NCBI GenBank assembly: GCA_965219085.1
Contig: OZ244720.1
Location: 64,001 to 128,000, forward strand
Length of the DNA stretch: 64,000 nucleotides
DNA from: Dehalococcoidia bacterium
GTDB taxonomy: Bacteria; Chloroflexota; Dehalococcoidia; UBA2979
Reading direction: 5' to 3'
Shown: piece by piece, positions 33,969-48,580 of the stretch
How positions within the stretch are numbered: position 1 is the first letter of the stretch
Layout: every line of letters begins with the position of its first letter
The notes under the pieces: model-generated
The model's database searches: none
The model's input: the letters and a program-made list of their open reading frames with translations, nothing else
What the model was told of the DNA's origin: nothing
Position numbers and translations under genes: made by a program

Positions 33969-35288
33969 ATGCGCGTTCCTCGTTCGGCCCCGCTGCTGTT
34001 GTTCGTCGTGCTGCTGGTGGCCGCATCGGCCTTTGCCGGTTGCGGCCGCTTCGAGGACCAGTCACTGACCGTGACCGCGTTTATCGGCAGCGAGGGTGCT
34101 GGCGAAGTGGTGCTGGAGTGGGCGGGCGGTCCCCGGGACGTGCAGCTCTGGCAGTATCAGTACCGCCGCCCATCCCCCCTCCGTGTCGTCCCGTGGGGCG
34201 ACGAATGGCGAGACATCCCGCTTGAAAGCGTGCGCCTCGCTCGGCACCGAGTCGAAGGATTGGAGCCCGGGCGGGGGTACCACTTCCGCATGCGCCCGGT
34301 GTCATGGTCCGGACTCGGAGCGCCATCCGAACTCGCCTCATCAGTGTCGTCGGAGGTTGGCATCGACGGCATCGTGATTGCCGGGCATCGCCTTGCGCTC
34401 GAACGTGGCGGCAGGTTCCGTCTACCAACCTCGGAGTACTGGACCTTCAAGGTACCGCCCGAGGGTATTTTCGGGGCCGAACTCCATCACTTCGATTTCC
34501 CGGGCGACGCGATCACAGAGCTCAAGTCCGACGCGGTTCTGTTCCTTGAGCCGAACACGGGCAGAGAAACGGGCAGGTGGATCCCCGAAGGCAGCCGCAG
34601 CGACGTGGGTCCGCTGTTCGACCAGATCGCCGACTCCGTGCGGTACCGGCCGGAACACCCCGTTGGCCCGCTCTACGCACTGGTAGGTGCAGACGCGGGC
34701 GTGATCGTGCTGGAGTGGGAGCATCACGGATCGGGCGTGAGTCGCTGGCAGTACCGACAGCGAGAACGGCACCGGATCGACCGGGGCGAGTGGGGCGAGT
34801 GGGGCGAGTGGAGTGCGTGGGCAGAAATCCCCGGCAGCGACGCCGGCGCGAGGGTGCACCGGTTGAGTGGGCTCCTCGGCGGCGTGTCGTACGGCTTCGA
34901 GCTGCGACCGCAGCCGTTCGGGGCTCTGGTCTTCGGCGCTGACGCGTCCCTGCCCGCTACGGATCCCGGCAGCTTCGTGTGGACGAGCAGGCCCGAAAGC
35001 GGTCGAACCTTCAAGCTCTCTGAAGACTTCGTCTTTGACGTGCCGCGTGGCTTGCACCTCCGACTACTGTCCTTCACCTACCATCCCGCCGTGGTGCCCG
35101 GAGTGGACGTGCGCACCACCGTACGACGACGCGCAACCGCGATGCTCGACCTAGAGACCGGGTCCACTTTGGTCGTCTACGCGCCGACGGGTGAGTACCT
35201 CGGTCGCCACGTCACGTCCAGGGGTGAGCGGCTAGGGGTCGACGCGCTGTTCGACCAGATCGTCGCGTCCATCCGGCCCGCTCCGTAG
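33969..35288 (+). CDS. Putative lipoprotein with two tandem [FN3-like + unknown domain] units
   Basis: Signal peptide with lipobox FAGC; VVLEW..WQYQYR..W.DIP..GL.PG..Y.F twice; second domain ends LFDQIADSVR / LFDQIVASIR. Confidence 0.75.
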   Translation: MRVPRSAPLLLFVVLLVAASAFAGCGRFEDQSLTVTAFIGSEGAGEVVLEWAGGPRDVQLWQYQYRRPSPLRVVPWGDEWRDIPLESVRLARHRVEGLEPGRGYHFRMRPVSWSGLGAPSELASSVSSEVGIDGIVIAGHRLALERGGRFRLPTSEYWTFKVPPEGIFGAELHHFDFPGDAITELKSDAVLFLEPNTGRETGRWIPEGSRSDVGPLFDQIADSVRYRPEHPVGPLYALVGADAGVIVLEWEHHGSGVSRWQYRQRERHRIDRGEWGEWGEWSAWAEIPGSDAGARVHRLSGLLGGVSYGFELRPQPFGALVFGADASLPATDPGSFVWTSRPESGRTFKLSEDFVFDVPRGLHLRLLSFTYHPAVVPGVDVRTTVRRRATAMLDLETGSTLVVYAPTGEYLGRHVTSRGERLGVDALFDQIVASIRPAP

Positions 35289-35289
35289 G

Positions 35290-35364
35290 CGCTCCGGCCA
35301 CCGCGATCAGCGCGAGTTGCACGTCGCCACGCTAGGAGGCACGTGGCGTTTGGGCCCGCGGGCG
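35290..35364 (+). repeat. Direct repeat, copy 2: orphan crcB 5' fragment
   Basis: Minus strand reads TAGCGT-N6-GTG CAA CTC GCG CTG ATC GCG GTG GCC GGA GCG (MQLALIAVAGA), then diverges; begins 1 nt after the lipoprotein stop. Confidence 0.92.
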
Positions 35365-35472
35365 GCCGACGCGGGTCGACGGCCGGACGATTCGATAGAC
35401 GCACTTCTGCATGTAGCAGGATTCGCGCGCACGCTCCCACAAGGCCCAGCAGCACCAGAGGAACGAGGCAAC

Positions 35473-36045
35473 ATGCCCACTGACAGCACCAGCGATCCGA
35501 CAGACGTCAACATCGCGTTGCTGCGCGGGATCAACGTCGGTGGCAAGAACAGGCTGCCGATGAAGGATCTCGCAGCAATGTTCGTGGACGCGGGCTGCGA
35601 CGACGTTCGGACCTACATCCAGAGCGGGAACGTGCTCTTTCGGACGGAGCCGACGCGAGGCGAGGACATCCCATCCCTCATCAGTGCGTCGATCCTGAGT
35701 CACTTCGGCTACCAGGTTCCCGTGGTTGCTCGCGGAGCCCGGGAGCTCGAAGCGATTGTGCAGGCAAATCCCTTCGTTGAAGGCGGGGCCGAAACCGACA
35801 AGCTGCACGTCGTGTTCCTGGCGGATCTACCCGACGCCGAGCACGTCGGGGCACTCGACCCGGATCGCTCGCCACCCGACGAGTTCGCCGTGCGAGGTCG
35901 TGAAATCTATCTCCACTGTCCGAATGGGCTCGCGCGCAGCAAGCTCACGAACAGCTACTTCGACTCCAGACTTTCGACCATCAGCACGATGCGGAACTGG
36001 AAGACCGTGCGGAAGCTGCTCGAGCTGGCCGCCGATGTCCACTGA
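35473..36045 (+). CDS. DUF1697 family protein
   Basis: IALLRGINVGGKN, VRTYIQSGNV, TMRNWKTV. Confidence 0.9.
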   Translation: MPTDSTSDPTDVNIALLRGINVGGKNRLPMKDLAAMFVDAGCDDVRTYIQSGNVLFRTEPTRGEDIPSLISASILSHFGYQVPVVARGARELEAIVQANPFVEGGAETDKLHVVFLADLPDAEHVGALDPDRSPPDEFAVRGREIYLHCPNGLARSKLTNSYFDSRLSTISTMRNWKTVRKLLELAADVH

Positions 36046-36148
36046 GCGACGGCGCGTCTGCCGCACGACCGCCGGCCCGACCCACGCCGCACCGCCGACG
36101 CGGCTATCATGCGCGCGACCGCGAAGCGCGAGCACCGGGAGGGACGCC

Positions 36149-37264
36149 ATGACCACGGGACGCGTCGTCGTCTTCAAGGACCACGGACTGCCGTTCGAGA
36201 TCGAGGAGTACCCGGTCCCCGACCCGGAGCCGGGCGGCATCATCCTCCGCATCACCCAGGCCGGCGTCTGCGGCTCCGACCTCCACACCTGGCGCGGTGA
36301 CCAGCGGCGCGTCCAGATCCCACCCTCGGGCCGGAACATGGGCCACGAGGGCGCCGGGGTCGTCTGGGCGCTCGGCGAGGGCCGCACCACCGACTCGCTC
36401 GGCCGCCCCATCCAGGAGGGCGACCGCCTGATGTACGCCGCGATCATGCCCTGCAACAGCTGCTACCACTGCGGGCGCGGCGAGAAGAACTGGTGCTCGA
36501 ACCGCCAGACGGGCATCGGCGCGCGCATCGCCGGCGAGTTCCCGTACTTCACCGGCACCTACGCCGACTACTTCTGGATCCCCGCCGGCCACCCCGTCTA
36601 CAAGGTCCCCGACGAGCTCCCCGACTCGGTGCTCGGCTGGGTCAACTGCGCGATGGGCACCGTCACCGAGGGCCTGCTCCGCGCGGGCTGCACCGCCGGC
36701 GACTACGTCGTGATCCAGGGCGCGGGTGGCCTCGGGCTGAACGCGACCGCGCTGGCCAGGGACATGGGCGCGAACAAGGTGATCGTGCTCGACCGCCTCG
36801 CCAACCGCCTCGAGCTCGCCGAGGAGTTCGGCGCCGACCACACCATCAACATCGAGGAGTTCAACACGCACGAGGCGCGCCGCGACCACATCCTCGACAT
36901 CACCGAGGGGCGCGGCGCGAACATCGTGATGGAACTCGTCGGCCGCGCCGAGTTGCTCGTCGAGGGCCTCGACTACCTCACCAACGGCGGCACGTTCATG
37001 GAGATCGGCGACATCGTGCCGGGACGGACCGTCGAGCTCGACCCGTCGACGATCCTGCGCGGCAAACGCATCATCGGCTCCTCGATGTACCGGCCGGAGC
37101 TGCTGCCGGTGATGATGGAGACGCTGGTCAAGAAGATGGACACGGTGCCGTACGACAAGATCGTGTCGGACTTCTACCCGCTCGACCAGGTCAACGAGGC
37201 GTTCGCCAGGGCCGAGTGGAACGAGACCCAGACGCAGATCTCGCGCGCGATGCTCGTGCCGTAG
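36149..37264 (+). CDS. Zinc-binding (MDR) alcohol dehydrogenase
   Basis: GVCGSDLH, GHEG.G, CNSCYHC..C, GAGGLG; GGAGGG upstream. Confidence 0.92.
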   Translation: MTTGRVVVFKDHGLPFEIEEYPVPDPEPGGIILRITQAGVCGSDLHTWRGDQRRVQIPPSGRNMGHEGAGVVWALGEGRTTDSLGRPIQEGDRLMYAAIMPCNSCYHCGRGEKNWCSNRQTGIGARIAGEFPYFTGTYADYFWIPAGHPVYKVPDELPDSVLGWVNCAMGTVTEGLLRAGCTAGDYVVIQGAGGLGLNATALARDMGANKVIVLDRLANRLELAEEFGADHTINIEEFNTHEARRDHILDITEGRGANIVMELVGRAELLVEGLDYLTNGGTFMEIGDIVPGRTVELDPSTILRGKRIIGSSMYRPELLPVMMETLVKKMDTVPYDKIVSDFYPLDQVNEAFARAEWNETQTQISRAMLVP

Positions 37265-37290
37265 CGGCCGGCGTCGACCGACCGAGTGCC

Positions 37291-37329
37291 TCAACGTGCG
37301 CCGGCGGTGACGCCGGCGCGCTGAGTCAC
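37291..37329 (-). repeat. Orphan copy of the pcp 3' end with stop codon (direct repeat of 38031-38064)
   Basis: Encodes VTQRAGVTAGAR-stop versus VTQRAGGTAGAH in pcp; 37296-37329 matches 38031-38064 at 28/34 nt. Confidence 0.75.
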
Positions 37330-37587
37330 GTGGCCCTGTCGGAGGCAGGCGCGCGGATGCTGATCCCTCGGTGGAACCATGCGTGGTCGGGCAACGTAGT
37401 TCATGCGAGTGGATGTTGGTGCTGGCGAGATGCCAGTAGGGCGCGAGGGCGCCTTCCCGCATGCCGGGGTCCCGGTACCACATGCGTAGCGCGCCGACCA
37501 CGGACCGCGCACGACGGTGGAACAGGGGACAGATCGCGATGCGAGTCCACCTGAAGCCGCCGGGCCGGCTTCGGCCAGGCGGCGGTC

Positions 37588-38013
37588 ATGCTCGTCCTCG
37601 CGGTCGTGCTCATCGTCGCACTCGGACGTGAGGACCACTGCGAGCCACGGGCCAGCCTGGACGACGCAGATCAATTTGTAGACATGACCATTGGCTGGAA
37701 GGTGGACCTCCCCATCACTGGCCTCGCGACGCTCATCTGGTCGAAGTCATCCCCGCCGTACGACCGCGGGGAAGATGCCGTGATTCTCGACATTCCCGAG
37801 GGGGTTGTGATGACGGACGTGAGGGTGGAACGGGGGCATGTCCAACCCGGGCAGCCAGAGTATGTGATCGGCATTTTTCTGGAGGACGGTTCGAAGCTCG
37901 TCATTGACCCCGCTGGTCACAGGTGGGACCGAGACTCAAGGAGCCGCGCTGGCGCCATCGCCCTGGACCGTATCCAGGCCTCGATTCGGACGCTATGCCC
38001 GGGCCAGCCGTGA
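37588..38013 (+). CDS. Exported hypothetical protein, single copy of the unknown domain seen in 33969-35288
   Basis: Hydrophobic N-terminus; LDIPEG..LEDGSKLVIDP.G..R..LDRIQASIR parallels FDVPRG..LETGSTLVV...G..GR..FDQIVASIR. Start uncertain. Confidence 0.6.
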   Translation: MLVLAVVLIVALGREDHCEPRASLDDADQFVDMTIGWKVDLPITGLATLIWSKSSPPYDRGEDAVILDIPEGVVMTDVRVERGHVQPGQPEYVIGIFLEDGSKLVIDPAGHRWDRDSRSRAGAIALDRIQASIRTLCPGQP

Positions 38014-38667
38014 CCCTGAGCTGCTGGTATGCGCGCCGGCGGTGCCGCCCGCACGCTGCGTTACCAGGTCACGCACGAACTCGATCGCCGCGCGCACGCC
38101 GAGCGCCTGCGCGTCGAGCGCCATCGAGGGTGTGCCGGCGCGCTTGTCGATGGTCTGCTCGGGCAGGTACGGGAGGTGGATGAAGCCGCCGATCGCGCCC
38201 GCGCCCGTCGCGTCGAGGCGGTCCATCATCGCGTAGAGGGTCTCATTGCAGATGTAGGTGCCCGCCGTCTCCGACACCTGCGACGGGGCGCCCGCCTCGC
38301 GCATCGCCGCGGCTAGTTCGCCGACGGGCAGACGCGCGAAGTAGCCCGCGGGCCCACACGCCACGAGCGTCTGCTCCGGCATCACGCGCCCCTCGGCGTC
38401 GCGGTCGATGAGCACGTTGACGCCGGTGCGTTCGACCGAGAGGTGCGAGCGTCCGCCGGCCTCGCCGAGGCCGATCCACGCGTCGAACCCGCCCGCCTCG
38501 AACGCCGGGATGAGCCGGTCGAACGAGATGCGGCCGCGCACGGGCAGCCGCAGCAACTCGAGGTCGACGCCGTCCGGCGGCGCGGCGCCGATGGCGCTCG
38601 CGACCTCCCACGAGGGGTTCACGCGCTCTCCCCCGAACGGTTCGAAGCCCGACAGCAGCAGCCGCAT
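37993..38667 (-). CDS. pcp: Pyroglutamyl-peptidase I
   Basis: LLSGFEPFGGERVNPSW, GLGEAGGR..SVER, AGTYICN, GFIHLP; GGAGGAGG upstream. Confidence 0.93.
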   Translation of the reverse strand: MRLLLSGFEPFGGERVNPSWEVASAIGAAPPDGVDLELLRLPVRGRISFDRLIPAFEAGGFDAWIGLGEAGGRSHLSVERTGVNVLIDRDAEGRVMPEQTLVACGPAGYFARLPVGELAAAMREAGAPSQVSETAGTYICNETLYAMMDRLDATGAGAIGGFIHLPYLPEQTIDKRAGTPSMALDAQALGVRAAIEFVRDLVTQRAGGTAGAHTSSSGSRLARA

Positions 38668-38733
38668 GACGCCCTCCTCCGGTTGGCCCGTCGCGTGCAG
38701 TCTAGCGACCCGCCGATGCCGTAGGCTGCGCGC

Positions 38734-39600
38734 ATGGAAGTCTTCCTCCTCGACGGGACGTACGAGCTGTTCCGCCACTACTTCGGCGCGCCCCCGCACC
38801 GCGACGCCGAGGGCAACGACGCGGGCGCGGTGGTCGGGGTGCTGGGCTCGGTGGTGAGGCTGTTCGAGGAGGGCGTGACGCACCTCGGCGTGGCGACGGA
38901 CCACGTCGTCGAGTCGTTCCGCAACGACCTGTGGCCGGGCTACAAGACCAGCGCGGGCATGGAGGAGGGCATCCTCGCGCAGTTCGTTCCCCTTGAGGAC
39001 GCGCTCACGGTGATGGGCGTCCGCGTGTGGCCGATGGTCGACCTCGAGGCCGACGACGCGCTCGCCTCCGCTGCCCTCCAGGCCGCCGAGGACCCCGACG
39101 TCACACGCGTGGTGATTGCGACGCCCGACAAGGACCTCGGGCAGTGCGTCGGCGGGAAGGTCGTGCAGTTCGACCGCCAGCGCCGCGAGGTGCGCGACGC
39201 CGCAGCCGTCGAGGCGCGCTTCGGCGTGCCGCCCGCCTCGATCCCCGACTACCTGGCGCTGACGGGCGACAGCGCCGACGGCTTCCCCGGCCTCAAGGGC
39301 TGGGGCGCGAAGTCGAGCGCGACGGTGCTCGCCCGCTACGGCCACATCGAGGCGATCCCGCTCGACCCGGCGGACTGGGACATCACGGTGCGCGGCGCGT
39401 CTCGGCTCGCGACTGCCCTCGTGGACGGCTACGACGCGGCGATGCTGTTCCGCGACCTCGCGACGCTGCGCACCTCGGAGCCCGTCTTCGAGTCGGTCGA
39501 GGAGCTGCGGTGGGCAGGCCCCACTGCCGAGTTCGAGGAGTTGGCGAACCACCTGCGCTCGCCAGGGCTGCTCACGCGCGCGCTGGCAGCTGCACCGTGA
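38734..39600 (+). CDS. Stand-alone 5'-3' exonuclease / flap endonuclease
   Basis: LLDGTYELFR, EADD, TPDKD, LTGDSADGFPG..GWG.K H3TH motif. Confidence 0.9.
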   Translation: MEVFLLDGTYELFRHYFGAPPHRDAEGNDAGAVVGVLGSVVRLFEEGVTHLGVATDHVVESFRNDLWPGYKTSAGMEEGILAQFVPLEDALTVMGVRVWPMVDLEADDALASAALQAAEDPDVTRVVIATPDKDLGQCVGGKVVQFDRQRREVRDAAAVEARFGVPPASIPDYLALTGDSADGFPGLKGWGAKSSATVLARYGHIEAIPLDPADWDITVRGASRLATALVDGYDAAMLFRDLATLRTSEPVFESVEELRWAGPTAEFEELANHLRSPGLLTRALAAAP

Positions 39601-39655
39601 ACCGCCTCGGCGGTAGCATCCCGCGCACCGGCGCACGATGCATGGAGGCCCACTC

Positions 39656-40072
39656 GTGACGCTCGACGTGCAGCCGCCCGGCATCCCGCTGCCCCGGCCC
39701 CGGGAACTCACGCAGCCGCACTGGGAGGGCTGCCGCCGCGGCGAGCTGCTCGTGCAGCGCTGCGAGGACTGCGGCCACCACGTCTTCATCCCCCAACACG
39801 CATGCACGGCCTGCCTCAGCGAGCGCCTCGAGTGGGTGCCGAGCAGCGGCACCGGCGTCGTCTACAGCTACACGACGGTCCACCGCCCGCAGCAGCCGGC
39901 GTTCGAGACGCCCTACGTGTGCGCCATCGTCGAACTCGACGAGGGCTGGCACATGCTCAGCAACCTCGTCGGCCTCGAGGCGGAGGGCGTGCGCATCGGG
40001 ATGCGTGTCGAGGTCGCCTTCCATGCGGTCTCGGACGAGGTGACGCTGCCGTACTTCCGGCCTGCCGAGTAG
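39656..40072 (+). CDS. DUF35-type zinc ribbon/OB-fold protein
   Basis: LLVQRCEDCG..CTAC..SGTGVVYSYT..AIVELDEG..IGMRVEV.F; GGAGG upstream. Confidence 0.9.
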   Translation: MTLDVQPPGIPLPRPRELTQPHWEGCRRGELLVQRCEDCGHHVFIPQHACTACLSERLEWVPSSGTGVVYSYTTVHRPQQPAFETPYVCAIVELDEGWHMLSNLVGLEAEGVRIGMRVEVAFHAVSDEVTLPYFRPAE

Positions 40073-40145
40073 CGGCGGGCGCCTCGAGCCCGGGGGGCCG
40101 CGTCTTGCCCGCGTCCCGCGTGTCGGCCACACTTGGTTGAGGCTA

Positions 40146-40221
40146 TCCCCGATAGCTCAATCGGTAGAGCGAGCGGCTGTTAACCGCTAGGTTCGTGGTT
40201 CGAGTCCACGTCGGGGAGCCA
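40146..40221 (+). tRNA. tRNA-Asn (GTT)
   Basis: TCCCCGATAGCTCAATCGGTAGAGCGAGCGGCTGTTAACCGCTAGGTTCGTGGTTCGAGTCCACGTCGGGGAGCCA. Confidence 0.98.
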
Positions 40222-40405
40222 ACACTTATGTCGCGCATCTCCCCTTCGCCCCGCGCCCGAGGTGACTACGCCCGATCCGCGTCGCAATCTACAGACCGAC
40301 AGGACAGCCGAGGCGGCGGTGGAGGCCGTCGATCGACCCCGTACATGTGGGGAGCGTCTGGCGCGGCGCCAGGCTGGCGCTCGAATTACTTCGAAGGGAA
40401 CCGCG

Positions 40406-41206
40406 ATGACGACAGCAGAACAGTTCTTCACGATCGCGTGGCCCGGCGGAATGATGGGGCTCCGATGCATCGGGGTTGAGCCTGTCGGGGACAATCAGGT
40501 TGCCATAGTTCAAGAGGCCATGGAGCAGTTCGCTACCGAGTCCCACCTGATGTTCATCTGGTACATCGGCGTGCTGAACAGCCGTGAGGCCATTCAGCGT
40601 CAACTCTCTGACAGCATCGCACCCGAGAGTCCAGTCGCCGTCGTCAGCGCACGGGACGATGGCACAACCCGATCGATACGCACTCGAGTTCGCGGCGCCG
40701 AGGCTACTGACGCCATCGCGAGAGGAGCGGAGTTCGAGCGGTTGTACGCCAGATCGCACATCATCTCCGTGTTCACACTCTGGGAGGAGCTCATTCGTCC
40801 AAAGATCGCCGACGCGCTCGGCGTTGACCGAAACGCGGTGACTTCTGATCTCATGGGCGATTGGAGACATCTGAGAAACTGGCTCGTGCATCCGAAAGAC
40901 AGCACAGAAGAGGACTACTTCAACAACGCTCAGGCGCTGTCGGAGGCGCTGGGCTCACAGCGAGGGAGACCTGAGATCACGGCTGGCGGCGTTCTCGTCC
41001 TGATGGAACGGCTGAACGCACTTGCGGTGGTGGTGAACCCCCACAACCAAGAGCCACTCACACAGTTCGTTCCTCCAGACCCAGAGACGTGGGCGAAGAT
41101 ACAGCGAAGCCTTGGTCCTAACGACAGGGTCCTCCCAATGTGGCCCGGGGGCACCACATCCGAACAACGATCGGAGCCCTCGGGGGATCTCCCGACGACA
41201 TACTAA
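40406..41206 (+). CDS. HEPN-like hypothetical protein in tRNA-Asn islet
   Basis: VFTLWE and LRNWLVH (Rx4H) motifs; more A/T-ending codons than the backbone; GAAGGGAA upstream of ATG 40406. Confidence 0.65.
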   Translation: MTTAEQFFTIAWPGGMMGLRCIGVEPVGDNQVAIVQEAMEQFATESHLMFIWYIGVLNSREAIQRQLSDSIAPESPVAVVSARDDGTTRSIRTRVRGAEATDAIARGAEFERLYARSHIISVFTLWEELIRPKIADALGVDRNAVTSDLMGDWRHLRNWLVHPKDSTEEDYFNNAQALSEALGSQRGRPEITAGGVLVLMERLNALAVVVNPHNQEPLTQFVPPDPETWAKIQRSLGPNDRVLPMWPGGTTSEQRSEPSGDLPTTY

Positions 41207-41366
41207 GCGAGGAACTAACACCAGATTCCTCTGGAGCCGCCGGGCCAACTCTCGCAACACTGACACCGCCCTTCGCGGCCTCAGTCGGGTCCCGCAAGAC
41301 GCCCTACGGCACACGGGACGCGCGCGCCGACAGTAGACCGACTCAGAGCGCCCACAACTAGCTCGA

Positions 41367-41400
41367 AGGTTCGTCGTACGGTCTCCCCTGGGGAGCCAAC
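41367..41400 (+). repeat. Degenerate copy of the tRNA-Asn 3' half (attR-like)
   Basis: AGGTTCGTcGTaCG...GGGGAGCCAAC versus AGGTTCGTGGTTCG...GGGGAGCCAAC at 40189-40223; last 11 nt identical. Confidence 0.7.
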
Positions 41401-41536
41401 CCGAGACCCGCCTGATGCGGCGATTGCGGCTGCGATCGTGAGCGGCCAAGTCTGACGAGATGTGGCTCGCCGTAACACACCGCAAGCTGTGCGGGGCACG
41501 TGAGGAACCCGGATCCTCAGCCGCGCCTCGCGCCGC

Positions 41537-48199
<6,663 letters not shown>

Positions 48200-48580
48200 G
48201 AGGCGCCCCGCATCGTGCCGAGGCGGGTGAGCGTGCGAACGAAGACGCCGAGGGGTGAGAGAGCCGGCTCGCGAGGGCGGCCTGCGCCACGCCGTGCGAA
48301 AGTATGGCTACCTCGGGTGCCAGAAAGCGGGACGCGATCGGGCATGGAACGGCTCGCAAGCTCGCCCACGCCGGGGGTTAATGTACACGTGAATCGGCAC
48401 TTAAGCCATATACAGCCGAATAGGTGCCAGGATTGGAGGACCGTCGCCGATACGAGATTGCCCGTGCTCACGCAGCAGTCCGGGCTCAGGGGACCTCGTC
48501 TCGGCCGGCCGCCCCGACCAGCCAGGCTCTTACGTCAATCTACGACGGCTTATGTGTAGTAGCAGCCCGGACTGGCCGCG

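Noticed and set aside
35365-36103. GCCGACGCGG repeat (35365-35374 and 36094-36103) flanking the DUF1697 gene as a fifth islet
   Set aside because: Only 10 GC-rich nt; could easily be chance, although the gene's codon use is somewhat atypical.
33807-38064. Integron cassette array (attC sites)
   Set aside because: Repeats are copies of host gene ends, differ between islets and lack RYYYAAC/GTTRRRY boxes; no intI in the window.
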